The notes below the pieces were generated by a model, which saw only the letters and a program-made list of their open reading frames with translations, did no database searches and had not been told where the DNA came from. Shown piece after piece: positions 7,614 to 17,259 of a stretch of 36,165 bases of DNA. The position numbers were made by a program, and so were the translations under genes. How positions within the stretch are numbered: position 1 is the stretch's first letter; each line of letters starts with the position of its first letter. Location of the stretch: IMG/VR virus record IMGVR_UViG_3300025030_000285, positions 1-36,165 of that record. One strand, written 5' to 3'. Source of the DNA: a virus. Lineage: Duplodnaviria > Caudoviricetes.

Positions 7614-9755
7614 ATGAAAATCAAATTAATTATTGACAAGGTAAATTATCAAACCAAGCCCAGTACAGACATTGGAGCAATTATCAATAGAATGAAAATT
7701 GATAATGTAAAAGAGTATTCAATCGAAGAAATTAAGAAAAGTGTATTAGATGGAAAAACTATTAGACCGTCTTATTGCGGAGGCCAAGAAACAGATTGGA
7801 TATCACAGCAGGTATTTATGATTGATATTGATAATAAACCTGTAAAACCTAAGAAAATGTCTGATAATGAATATGAGATATTAACAGAACAATATTTAAA
7901 AGAAAATCATAAAACATATGATGAAATAATTGAGCATTGCAAAAAGATAAATATAATACCTAATTTTGTTTATACTTCTTTTAATCACAAAGAAAATCAT
8001 CATAAAATGAGATTAGTATTTGTACTAGATAAAGTTATAATTGATGAAAATACAGCAAAGAAGATATTATTATATTTAATGGAATCTATTGGAGAAGTAG
8101 ATGAAACGTGTAAGAATCTTAATAGAATATTCTTTGCAGGTAAAAATATAGTATTTGATTCTGGTAATATATTAAATAGTGATTATATCATAGGTTTATC
8201 TAAAGATATTGTATTAGAGGATTCTAAACCTATAAAAGTTAAAAATAATAAAATAAATAATAATAATAAAAGTAATAATAAGGGTAAAAGCCTTATGAAA
8301 AAGTATCCTAAACTCTATAATAAAGATTATAAGATTAAGGATATTGTGAGAGGGTTAAGGGTGACTAATATATATACTTATAACTATAACTCCTTTAATT
8401 TAATAGTCACCCTTTCTCAACGGTTCGGAAACCCCTCTCGCACAAAGGTATTAGGTAATCCCAAACCTTCTCCCTCTATAAAAGAGAGATATAATATTAA
8501 AGCATTGATAAATAGAGAAGTAGAATATTTACAAAATAGTTTGAATTGTGACCCTATAGTTTTTGATAATAAGGAAGATTTTTGGTATCACATTTATTAT
8601 AACATTAACATGGCAGAACTATTAGAATTTAAATATCCTTCATCAGTTAAATGTCTATTTCACAAAGATAGTAATCCGAGTGCAAGTATATTTCAAACCA
8701 ATGAAGGAAAATGGCTTTATAAATGTCATAGTGGTAAATGTGGAGTATCTATGAATACAAAACAATTAATTGAAAAACTTGGTGGTTTTAAGAGTGAATA
8801 TAGAGCAATAGAATTTATTAAGACAATATTCAATTTATCAATAAAAGAAACTCAATGGAGTATTGAACAAAAGACAAATCTTGATTTAATTATTAATACA
8901 ATGAATTTAAATAAGTTTATGGATTTATGTCCACAAACAGATAAAAATATTAGATATGTTAAGGAATTATTTTTAGTAATGGCAGGAATTGCACAAAATA
9001 ATATTTATGGTGAAAATTATATGAATTCAGATGGAGACGCTGTATTCTTTGTTTCATTAGGAGAATTAGCTAGAATTACTAAAACGGCAGCCAACAATCT
9101 AAAAAGAATAAGTCAAAGACTTGCTGTTTTAACTTATCACGATTTAATAAGGAAATTAGATGATGATAAAATTCCTCCAAAAATGCTTGCTAAAGCTCAA
9201 GCAATTGCAATAGCAAACAAAACAACTCAGAGAGTAAGTTTCTATTCTATTCCCTCTTGGGTATTTGATCAACTTAATAATATTGAATCCCAAGGAGTTA
9301 AATGGAAACAAAATGGATATACAGTAAAAGGTACTTCATATGAGATGTTTTATAGAACAGAAGGTTTAGAAGTTGCTCAAAATATTTACCCTCAATATAA
9401 AAAGGTAGCATCAAAGGATATTGATTATGAAACAGGTGAAATAACAGAATCAGTTAAAGATAGAACAACAACCAAAAAAAGTGATGAAAGAGTTGAAAAT
9501 ATTGTTTCAGTTGTTGAAAAATTAGTAGATGAAAAGAATTACACTACTGAGAAAGAAATTGTATTATATTTATCTAAAGAATATAAATGGGAAGTAACTG
9601 AAATTCAACTTCGCAAAATGCGTGGAGAACTTGAAAAGTTAGGTTACATAAGAATTAGAGTCAATAAAGAATTGAAAGAGAAATATGCCGTTCAGAGCAA
9701 TGGGTATCCAGTAATTATTTGTAAGAGTAGTGAAAGTGACTTAATAATAAAATAA
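7614..9755 (+). CDS. Primase-polymerase (AEP)-like N-terminal domain + CHC2-type zinc finger; putative replication protein
   Basis: FMIDIDN (DxD), YTSFNH, KMRLVF and DETCKNLNRIFF motifs; CLFHKDSNPSA...YKCHSGKC zinc finger; helical C-terminal region. Confidence 0.65.
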   Translation: MKIKLIIDKVNYQTKPSTDIGAIINRMKIDNVKEYSIEEIKKSVLDGKTIRPSYCGGQETDWISQQVFMIDIDNKPVKPKKMSDNEYEILTEQYLKENHKTYDEIIEHCKKINIIPNFVYTSFNHKENHHKMRLVFVLDKVIIDENTAKKILLYLMESIGEVDETCKNLNRIFFAGKNIVFDSGNILNSDYIIGLSKDIVLEDSKPIKVKNNKINNNNKSNNKGKSLMKKYPKLYNKDYKIKDIVRGLRVTNIYTYNYNSFNLIVTLSQRFGNPSRTKVLGNPKPSPSIKERYNIKALINREVEYLQNSLNCDPIVFDNKEDFWYHIYYNINMAELLEFKYPSSVKCLFHKDSNPSASIFQTNEGKWLYKCHSGKCGVSMNTKQLIEKLGGFKSEYRAIEFIKTIFNLSIKETQWSIEQKTNLDLIINTMNLNKFMDLCPQTDKNIRYVKELFLVMAGIAQNNIYGENYMNSDGDAVFFVSLGELARITKTAANNLKRISQRLAVLTYHDLIRKLDDDKIPPKMLAKAQAIAIANKTTQRVSFYSIPSWVFDQLNNIESQGVKWKQNGYTVKGTSYEMFYRTEGLEVAQNIYPQYKKVASKDIDYETGEITESVKDRTTTKKSDERVENIVSVVEKLVDEKNYTTEKEIVLYLSKEYKWEVTEIQLRKMRGELEKLGYIRIRVNKELKEKYAVQSNGYPVIICKSSESDLIIK

Positions 9756-9780
9756 ATATATAGGGTGGTATTAATAAATA

Positions 9781-11166
9781 TTGTCAAAATCAAAAGATGA
9801 ACTTTATATTATCGGTGTCGATTTCAAAAATAATAGAGATAAATATAAAAAAATACTTAATACTAAAAATCCTTCTTGGAATGATTTGAATGAGTCTCAA
9901 GGATTTCCATTTAAAACTGGAGAACACTATCGGCAATTTATCAAAAAAAGGCAGGATCGCGATGGGACATTAAAGAAGTTGGGTGTTGTTAGGGATGAGA
10001 TTGTTGATAAGAAACTTGAGCAAGTTAGAACTATTCCTAATTATAAGGAATCTGTAGAAATTAAAAGTGATAATTCTCAGGTATCAGACAAATTATTGGA
10101 AATGAGTCTTGAGGAATCAAAAGATCCTGATTTTGTTTTAAAGTCACATGGGTACTCGCCTAGTGAGTGGTCTATTACATCTGCTAAGAATAGTATGTGG
10201 CACATGAATACTAAAGAAGATGGAGTTAAGGTACTTTATAGTTCAAAGGTGAGCGTAAAACCTCGAACTGAATACCAATGGAATGAAGAAGATGCAAAGA
10301 AAATATTTTCTAGTTTAGAAACATGCACAAGAACAATAAATAAATCAAATATAAAAACATCTCAATATAAGAAAAATGGCAAATTATTAATTGTTCCTAT
10401 TTCTGATTTTCACTTAAATCTTTTATCAGACAAATTATCAACAGGAAATGAATATAATATGCAAATTGCAGAAGATATATTCTTTCAGGTAATTAATGAT
10501 GTGATAGATAGAGTTGAAGATAAGGTTTTTGAGAAGGTTTTATTTGTTACAGGAAATGACTTTATAACGGCTGATAATACTAATGGAACTACGACTCGTG
10601 GAACACCACAAGAGGTTTCAGCATCGTGGTTTAAAGCAGTACATAAGGCTACAGAATTAATTGTTAGAGCAATTGATATGCTTACTGAAATTGCACCCGT
10701 AGACGTTATCCTAGTGCCTTCTAATCATGATCTTCATACTATGTTTGGTGTAATTCAAACTGTAAAAGCATGGTATAGAGGCAATGATAATGTTTATGTG
10801 GATGATAGTCATTTACCTAGAAAATATTATGAATTTGGAAAGACTTTACTTACTTTTTCTCATGATATTAAAGTTAAAGATGCTTTGCAAATTATTACTA
10901 CTGAAGCAAAAGATAAATGGAGTAATTGTGAGCATATAGTTCTTATGTTGGCTCATTTACATCAAGCAATGGTATATGAGAAACAAGGATATTTAGAAGT
11001 GTTAAGATTGCCGACAGTTAGCGGTTTTTCAAGGTGGAGTAACGACAAAGGTTATATTCAGACAGAAAAGAAAAATCAGAGTTTTATTGTTAGTAAGGAA
11101 TATGGGATTACAGATATTTTGAATACTGTGATCGGGATTAATAGAAAAATAAAATATATGAGGTAA
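9781..11166 (+). CDS. Calcineurin-like metallophosphoesterase (SPbeta YonJ-like)
   Basis: ISDFH, GND, PSNHD, SHD and AHLH motifs in canonical order. Confidence 0.8.
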   Translation: MSKSKDELYIIGVDFKNNRDKYKKILNTKNPSWNDLNESQGFPFKTGEHYRQFIKKRQDRDGTLKKLGVVRDEIVDKKLEQVRTIPNYKESVEIKSDNSQVSDKLLEMSLEESKDPDFVLKSHGYSPSEWSITSAKNSMWHMNTKEDGVKVLYSSKVSVKPRTEYQWNEEDAKKIFSSLETCTRTINKSNIKTSQYKKNGKLLIVPISDFHLNLLSDKLSTGNEYNMQIAEDIFFQVINDVIDRVEDKVFEKVLFVTGNDFITADNTNGTTTRGTPQEVSASWFKAVHKATELIVRAIDMLTEIAPVDVILVPSNHDLHTMFGVIQTVKAWYRGNDNVYVDDSHLPRKYYEFGKTLLTFSHDIKVKDALQIITTEAKDKWSNCEHIVLMLAHLHQAMVYEKQGYLEVLRLPTVSGFSRWSNDKGYIQTEKKNQSFIVSKEYGITDILNTVIGINRKIKYMR

Positions 11167-11172
11167 TTACAT

Positions 11173-11763
11173 ATGGAAATATTAATACCAACTGACAAAA
11201 TAATTGACGAGATGAAATTAACATCTGCTATTAGAGATCGAAGAATTTTCATAAACGAAATAATAGATCAAGATATCTCTTTCAAGACAGTTTATTTTTT
11301 AGATAGAATTGTTGCATTAGACAATAAATCTAATATTCCTATTTCTGAAAGAGAAAGTATAGAAATTCTCATAGATTCGCCTGGAGGTAATATAATTTCT
11401 GGATTGAGTATAATTTCTAAAGTCGAGGAACTTAAAGATATGGGATATAAGATTATTACTACTAATCAAGCTTCATCTGCATCTATGGCATTTATGCTAT
11501 TAATTGTTGGTTCTGAACGTAGAGCATATAGATATAGTTACGCTTTAGCACATCAGCCTTCAATGTGGGTTGGTGGTACACTTCAAGAATTAGAAGATGA
11601 AGTTACTGAATTAAAAAGATTATGGGATTTAATGAAAATGTTGATTCTTAAATATACTAAAATACCAGAATCAAAATTAGATGAAGTTAAAAGAGAAAAG
11701 AAAGATTGGATACTTACCCCTTCTGAATGTTTAGATATGGGTTGTATTGAATACATCATGTAA
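11173..11763 (+). CDS. clpP: ClpP-like serine protease (S14)
   Basis: IDSPGG, SASMA (Ser), AHQP (His), KKDW (Asp), ECLDMGCIE. Confidence 0.88.
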   Translation: MEILIPTDKIIDEMKLTSAIRDRRIFINEIIDQDISFKTVYFLDRIVALDNKSNIPISERESIEILIDSPGGNIISGLSIISKVEELKDMGYKIITTNQASSASMAFMLLIVGSERRAYRYSYALAHQPSMWVGGTLQELEDEVTELKRLWDLMKMLILKYTKIPESKLDEVKREKKDWILTPSECLDMGCIEYIM

Positions 11764-11800
11764 AATTAATAAAATAATTTAGATAATAGGAGAATCAAAT

Positions 11801-12187
11801 ATGTGCGATAATTGTAAAGAAACAACTACACCAGAAGAATTGAACGAACTCAAATGTGATAAACCAGATGCAGAAGAAATAAAATCTCCATTGGATGATG
11901 TCCTCATGTTCACAGAACCATTTTCTATTTCAACGGAAAATTTAGAAAATGATACAGATATTCAAATTGATAAAGAAGAATTTATTAAAGGCATGAAAGA
12001 TGCAAGTTATTTTTCTGGATTTTATACTTGTTTGATTAATTCAGGAATGTCTATGGAGGATGTGGTTAGCATTATTATGAATAAAATGAATGTTGACCAT
12101 AATATTACCATGTCACAAATTCAGACTAATGGTAGTATTGAGGTTTCTAAGAATAGTGTCTTGGTTAAAGAGAAAGATATGCTTTAG
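11801..12187 (+). CDS. Hypothetical acidic protein
   Basis: 128 aa; RBS AGGAG. Confidence 0.75.
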   Translation: MCDNCKETTTPEELNELKCDKPDAEEIKSPLDDVLMFTEPFSISTENLENDTDIQIDKEEFIKGMKDASYFSGFYTCLINSGMSMEDVVSIIMNKMNVDHNITMSQIQTNGSIEVSKNSVLVKEKDML

Positions 12188-12251
12188 GTTTAAATAATAC
12201 AATTAAATAACAAAACAAAATAAAATAAATATAAAGGTAGGAAATCGCAAA

Positions 12252-13127
12252 ATGGCAAATAAATTAACTCTCACAGATATTGATAATATTCTCGATAATC
12301 ACATCGAAACTTCTATAGATTTTCTCATGGTTGTTGATCATGGCCTTGCATTTTATATTTCAGAATATTTAGGAGAAACGTATGATCTTATTGATGAGAC
12401 TAATGATTTAAGCCCTTACACAAAGGAATATTATATTTCCATGCTATTCGATGATGAAGAAATTCAAATGTTCTGTGAAACTGCTAGAGCAAATGATGGT
12501 GATTATAAGTATTCTGACTTCTTTGATTCATATGGAGATTATTATATTTTTACAGATATGGATAGGGAAACAGTAGATAAGACATTAGTTGGAAATGCTA
12601 GTTGGTCATTTTGTGAGTTAGTTGAGGATAAAGATGACAGTAATGACAGTAATGACAGTCAATATGATGTAAGTTCTGAATGTTCTAATTGCGATGGGTG
12701 TGATGAGCATTGTGGTCGTGAAAATCATAATGAGGAATATATTGATGATTCAGAGGATGATATTTGCTCAGAATGTGGTGAAACAGATTGTGTATGTGAT
12801 TATGAAGAATGCCAGTGCGATGATTGTCGCTCGCAAAGACATGATGATATTGTAAATGCATCTGTTGGTAAGGCATTTGAGAAAATTATGGCGAGTGAAG
12901 GTTGCCCGAATTGTATTGTTGACGCTTTATTTCAGATGAGTTTGGAAATGAAGAGATTGGGGTGGTCGGATAGAGGAGATTTTGAAGAAGAAAATAGGGA
13001 ATCGGAAGAAAGTAATAAGACAATTAATATTCATATTGGTAATATTCAATTTCCTAATGTTACGGATAACATTAATGATTTTATTAGTGGCATTAAAGAT
13101 TATGCAATTAAGTATAGTAAACAATAG
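12252..13127 (+). CDS. Acidic, Cys-rich hypothetical protein
   Basis: 291 aa; RBS AAAGGTAGGA; dense CxxC/CxC cluster within a D/E-rich segment. Confidence 0.8.
   Translation: MANKLTLTDIDNILDNHIETSIDFLMVVDHGLAFYISEYLGETYDLIDETNDLSPYTKEYYISMLFDDEEIQMFCETARANDGDYKYSDFFDSYGDYYIFTDMDRETVDKTLVGNASWSFCELVEDKDDSNDSNDSQYDVSSECSNCDGCDEHCGRENHNEEYIDDSEDDICSECGETDCVCDYEECQCDDCRSQRHDDIVNASVGKAFEKIMASEGCPNCIVDALFQMSLEMKRLGWSDRGDFEEENRESEESNKTINIHIGNIQFPNVTDNINDFISGIKDYAIKYSKQ
12634..12660 (+). repeat. In-frame 9-bp tandem repeat x3
   Basis: ATGACAGTA ATGACAGTA ATGACAGTC, encoding DSNDSNDS. Confidence 0.85.
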
Positions 13128-13167
13128 CAATTATCCAATCAAATCTAAGTTTTAATTTAACTCAGAT

Positions 13168-13199
13168 AGAGGGCATCTAATTTAAGATGTCCTTTCTTG
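13168..13199 (+). terminator. Probable intrinsic terminator
   Basis: AGAGGGCATCT / AGATGTCCTTT stem with T-rich tail. Confidence 0.6.
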
Positions 13200-13244
13200 T
13201 GTGTTAAAATAGCACAAATATATGATGAGAGGAAGTGAATTAGA

Positions 13245-13427
13245 GTGATAGAACAAAAAGAAAGATATGTCTATATTTATAATCCTTTGCAAAGTAATTA
13301 TTACATATCCCAAGGAGTAATGATTAAAGAAGTTGGGATTCATAATGTGACAAAGAAGCCGTGGTACAAATTCTCTTTTTTGGAATCTGAAGAAGCATAT
13401 CATAGTTGGTGTGTCAGAGGCAGATAG
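13245..13427 (+). CDS. Small hypothetical phage protein
   Basis: 60 aa; GTG start after GAGGAAGTG; YIYNPLQSNYYI...G.H..T...WYKF pattern typical of small Bacillota phage proteins. Confidence 0.7.
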   Translation: MIEQKERYVYIYNPLQSNYYISQGVMIKEVGIHNVTKKPWYKFSFLESEEAYHSWCVRGR

Positions 13428-13436
13428 TATTTTAGG

Positions 13437-14336
13437 GTGATTAATAATATGAGAAAGAAGTGTGATTTAATAATGGAAAATAATAATATTGATAAGTTAA
13501 TAATTAAAGGAACAACAAAAGTATGTGGAATTGATGTTCCTAATGTTTATGGAGGATTTGGTGGAGATCAAAAAGTTATCTTAGTAAAGACCATTGCGGA
13601 ATTACATAATAAAAAACCAAGTCATGTAAATGAATTAATAAATAAGAATATAAAACATTTTGATATAGGAATTCATTATCTTGACTTAAAAGACAGTAAA
13701 GAAGCAACTGCCGTTTTGGTCGGCAGTCATATATTTACAAATCAAGCGATTAAAGTTAGTAAAAATATCTTCTTATTGTCTGAACGTGGATATAGTTTAC
13801 TATTGAAGTTTATGGATAGTGAATTGTCTATCATTCAATATAAAGCCGTAATTGCAGATTATTTTTCTATTAAAGAGATAATTTTAACTCAAGCAATAAC
13901 TCCATCTGAATTAAAGCAATTAGTTGCAAGAGAAATAGGAACAATAAAAAGAAATAAAGAAACAGAAGCAATGTCTATTTTGAAAAGTCGTGGTGAATTG
14001 AGTCATTTTAATAATCCATATGCCTGTATTACGAATTCTTGCTATGAAATCTTGTATGGCATGTATGCTAAAGAAATTAAGAAATATTTAGATTTAAAAG
14101 AGCGTGATAATCTTAGAGATTTTTTATCAACAAGAGATTTAGAGGAAATAAAAGAAATCGAAGAAGAAATAGTATGGATGGTAAAGAAAAATTACACTTG
14201 GAAACAAATTTATAGTGATTTGGTTAGGGAGTATCCTAATAGAATAGTTCCAGTTAGAGCAGAAAAGTCTATTAAGGAATTGAAGAAGATAGATAAAATT
14301 ATGATTGGTGACGGTGGTATTAAGAAGTTAAAATGA
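13437..14336 (+). CDS. ORF6N-domain (antirepressor-like) DNA-binding protein; true start may be 13473
   Basis: GGFG..QKVILVKTIAELH...VNELINKN...IFLLSERGYSLLLKFM. Confidence 0.75.
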   Translation: MINNMRKKCDLIMENNNIDKLIIKGTTKVCGIDVPNVYGGFGGDQKVILVKTIAELHNKKPSHVNELINKNIKHFDIGIHYLDLKDSKEATAVLVGSHIFTNQAIKVSKNIFLLSERGYSLLLKFMDSELSIIQYKAVIADYFSIKEIILTQAITPSELKQLVAREIGTIKRNKETEAMSILKSRGELSHFNNPYACITNSCYEILYGMYAKEIKKYLDLKERDNLRDFLSTRDLEEIKEIEEEIVWMVKKNYTWKQIYSDLVREYPNRIVPVRAEKSIKELKKIDKIMIGDGGIKKLK

Positions 14337-14389
14337 TAAAGGTACGGCATTAATGACGCACCTTTATATAATAAAGTTTTGTAAGTTAT

Positions 14390-14471
14390 AAGACGCTTGA
14401 GCAATCAGGCGTTTTCTGTGTGGATGGAAATTGTGTTTAGATTATGCCTAGTCAATTAAGACTAGGCTTTT
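14390..14471 (+). terminator. Two tandem intrinsic terminators
   Basis: AAGACGCTTGA-GCAA-TCAGGCGTTTT (14390-14415) and GCCTAGTC-AATTAA-GACTAGGC-TTTT (14446-14471). Confidence 0.7.
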
Positions 14472-14611
14472 ATGTGAGCATAATTATTGATTTTGTTCAT
14501 TGGAAGATAGGTTTTTGGGATTAGCTATCCCATCTCTGCACCCTATCTTCTATTTACTTTTTAGTGGTTAGTGCAGAGGGAAATATAATTTGCAGAAAGA
14601 AGGGTTATAAA

Positions 14612-16102
14612 ATGGAAGAAATTAATCAAGAGTTAGAAGTAAAAATGAAGGTTTGCAAAATGTGTTGCGAAGAATTACCATCAACAAAAGAATATTTTCA
14701 TGTTCATAACGGATGTAAGGACGGTCTAAACTCTGTCTGTAAAAAATGCAGAAGTAAATTAGCTTCAGAGAAAAATAGAGGAAATATAAATACTACTGGA
14801 GTAAAGAAATGTGTAGATTGTGAAAATATTTTGGAAATAAATTCTACAAATTTTAAAACATCTACAAAATCATTGGATGGTTATTTAAATGTTTGCGTTA
14901 AGTGCCAAATAAAGCGTAGAGACAAGGAATCTCCCGAAGGATTTAAAAAATGCTCTAAATGTGATAGAGAATTTCCAATATCTAGGGACTATTTTCAATT
15001 AAGTAAAATATCTTTGGATGGGTTTGTGAATACATGTTTGGAGTGCAACAATAGAAAATTCTTTCCAGACTTTGCAAATGAGCCATGGTCGCAAGAAGAT
15101 ATTAATATTGTAAAAGATAATTATAAAGAGTTATTTACATATGATATTATACCACTTTTATCAGTAAAAAGAACAGAAAAATCAATATTACATATGGCAG
15201 GTAAACTTGGTTTAAGGAAAATAGAAAGTTATATTGAAAATTATAATAGTTTTAAATATAAAATAATAGATAATAAATTACATAAGTATTGCAAATCATG
15301 TAAGAGGTATTTGCCTATGGAATACGATTATTTTCCTAAAGATGAATCATGTACAGATTCATATCGCAACGTCTGCCGTGAATGCAAAGGAGAATTATTC
15401 AGATTTAATTCTGATGTTTATAAATGGTCAGAACAAGATATTCAAATTCTAAAAGATAATTATCCTCATATGACTAATAAAGAATTATATAATACATATT
15501 TTCCGTTCCTAAGTATAAATAAAATCATGCATAGAGCGAATGATTTAGGATTTTATAAAACAGAAGAAACTTTACAAAGAGTGCATGATGAAATAGGGAA
15601 ATTCCATTCTGAAAGATTAATAGGAACAGATAAGTGGAAAAGTGATAATAATCCTCAATATGATAGTAAAAGATTTGGTTCATTAAATCCAAATTATAAA
15701 GGTGGTATTAGTGCATTATATCAAGAATTAAGAAGAAATTTAAAGCAATGGAAAATAGATAGTGTTGAGAATTCTAATTATGTTAGCTTGCTTACTGGAA
15801 AGAGGTTTAATGATATTCATCATTTGTATTCTTTTGATAATATAGTTAAAGACACCTTGAGTGAAACCAGATTACCTTTATATGATGATATTTCATTTTA
15901 TTCAGATGAAGAAATAAAATTATTAGTAGATAAATGTCTTGAAATTCATTACAGACATCCTTTAGGCGTTTGTTTAGAAGAGCGATATCACGCCAAATTC
16001 CATGAGGAGTTTGGATACGGTGGTAATACTGAAGAACAATTTTATGAGTTTTTAGATAATTATTATAATGGTAAATATAAAGATTTAGAAGAAGTAAGTT
16101 AA
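14612..16102 (+). CDS. HNH-type homing-endonuclease-like protein with four repeated CxxC...CxxC zinc modules
   Basis: Repeats K.C..C...P....F.....DG....C..C; two WS..DI..K..Y helical repeats; GSLNPNYKGG; IHHLYSF...GVCL...H..FH..FG. ATG 14612 follows AGAAGGG. Confidence 0.75.
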   Translation: MEEINQELEVKMKVCKMCCEELPSTKEYFHVHNGCKDGLNSVCKKCRSKLASEKNRGNINTTGVKKCVDCENILEINSTNFKTSTKSLDGYLNVCVKCQIKRRDKESPEGFKKCSKCDREFPISRDYFQLSKISLDGFVNTCLECNNRKFFPDFANEPWSQEDINIVKDNYKELFTYDIIPLLSVKRTEKSILHMAGKLGLRKIESYIENYNSFKYKIIDNKLHKYCKSCKRYLPMEYDYFPKDESCTDSYRNVCRECKGELFRFNSDVYKWSEQDIQILKDNYPHMTNKELYNTYFPFLSINKIMHRANDLGFYKTEETLQRVHDEIGKFHSERLIGTDKWKSDNNPQYDSKRFGSLNPNYKGGISALYQELRRNLKQWKIDSVENSNYVSLLTGKRFNDIHHLYSFDNIVKDTLSETRLPLYDDISFYSDEEIKLLVDKCLEIHYRHPLGVCLEERYHAKFHEEFGYGGNTEEQFYEFLDNYYNGKYKDLEEVS

Positions 16103-16122
16103 TAATTAAAGGAAGTGACCTT

Positions 16123-17259
16123 GTGGCAGGAAGACCTAAAAAAGTGGCAACAACTAAGACAAAAGAAAATATAGAAGTGTCTCTGCCACAAGTTGAAAAA
16201 GAATATTATAGATGTCCTTGTTGTGCAAAGAAATATACAGACCAAGATAAGGGATTTTATCAATCAACATCTTTATTAATTAAAAGTAATAATGGTCGGA
16301 TGTTTATATGTCGTAAGTGTGTAATTGAATTATATGCGTATCTTGTTGAAACCCACGAAGACACAAAAAAAGCATTATATTTATTATGTAGGTGGTTAGA
16401 TATATACTTTGAATCTAATTTATATTCTAGTGCAGAGCAACAGGCAAGAAACTCTAACGGGAATATAGCACAAGTATATATTACAAAAGTTAATTCATTG
16501 CCACAATATTCTAGTTTGTCATTTATTCATTCTGCAAGTATAGATGGTCAAAAAAATGAATTTTTACCACCATCAGAAACAGATATACAAATAAAAACTT
16601 GGTCTGAAGAAGATGTTCGTAATAGAGATGATGTAATTAGATTAGTTGGTTATGATCCATTTGAAAATGAAAATCCAATGGATAAAAAATATCTCTGTAA
16701 CGCATTGGTTGATTTTCTTGACCAAGATACTGTAGATGATTCTTTTAAGTTACCTATTTGTATAGAGATTGTTAAAAGTTTTAATCAAATTGATAAAATT
16801 AATCAAGCTCTTGCTCTTATGACTGCTGATATTAGTAACATGTCTAGTCAGGTCGGTGGAGTAAAATCATTAGTAGAAGCAAAAGAAAAAATTTATCGTT
16901 CAATTTTAGCAATGGCTAAAGATAATGGCATTTCAGTTAATCATAATAATAACAAAAGCAAAGGTGGAAATACATTAAATGGCACAGTAAAGAAATTAAA
17001 TGAAATTGGATTATCAACAGCAGAATTAAACTTATTTGATTTAGAAACTTGTGATGCCATGAAACAAATTGCAGATTTTAGCAATAAAAGTATTATAGAA
17101 CAATTAATGTTTGATGAAAATGATTATACGGACATGATATCTCAGCAAAGGGATTTAATAAAGAAATTAGATGATGAATTGATTAAATTAAGAGAAGACA
17201 ATAGACTTATGAAAATTCAAATTATACAACAATATGATATATTATCTAGTGGGGGTTGA
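16123..17259 (+). CDS. Putative terminase small subunit / YonG-like protein
   Basis: Directly upstream of and overlapping terL; N-terminal CPCC...CRKC; SPbeta-like synteny. Confidence 0.55.
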   Translation: MAGRPKKVATTKTKENIEVSLPQVEKEYYRCPCCAKKYTDQDKGFYQSTSLLIKSNNGRMFICRKCVIELYAYLVETHEDTKKALYLLCRWLDIYFESNLYSSAEQQARNSNGNIAQVYITKVNSLPQYSSLSFIHSASIDGQKNEFLPPSETDIQIKTWSEEDVRNRDDVIRLVGYDPFENENPMDKKYLCNALVDFLDQDTVDDSFKLPICIEIVKSFNQIDKINQALALMTADISNMSSQVGGVKSLVEAKEKIYRSILAMAKDNGISVNHNNNKSKGGNTLNGTVKKLNEIGLSTAELNLFDLETCDAMKQIADFSNKSIIEQLMFDENDYTDMISQQRDLIKKLDDELIKLREDNRLMKIQIIQQYDILSSGG

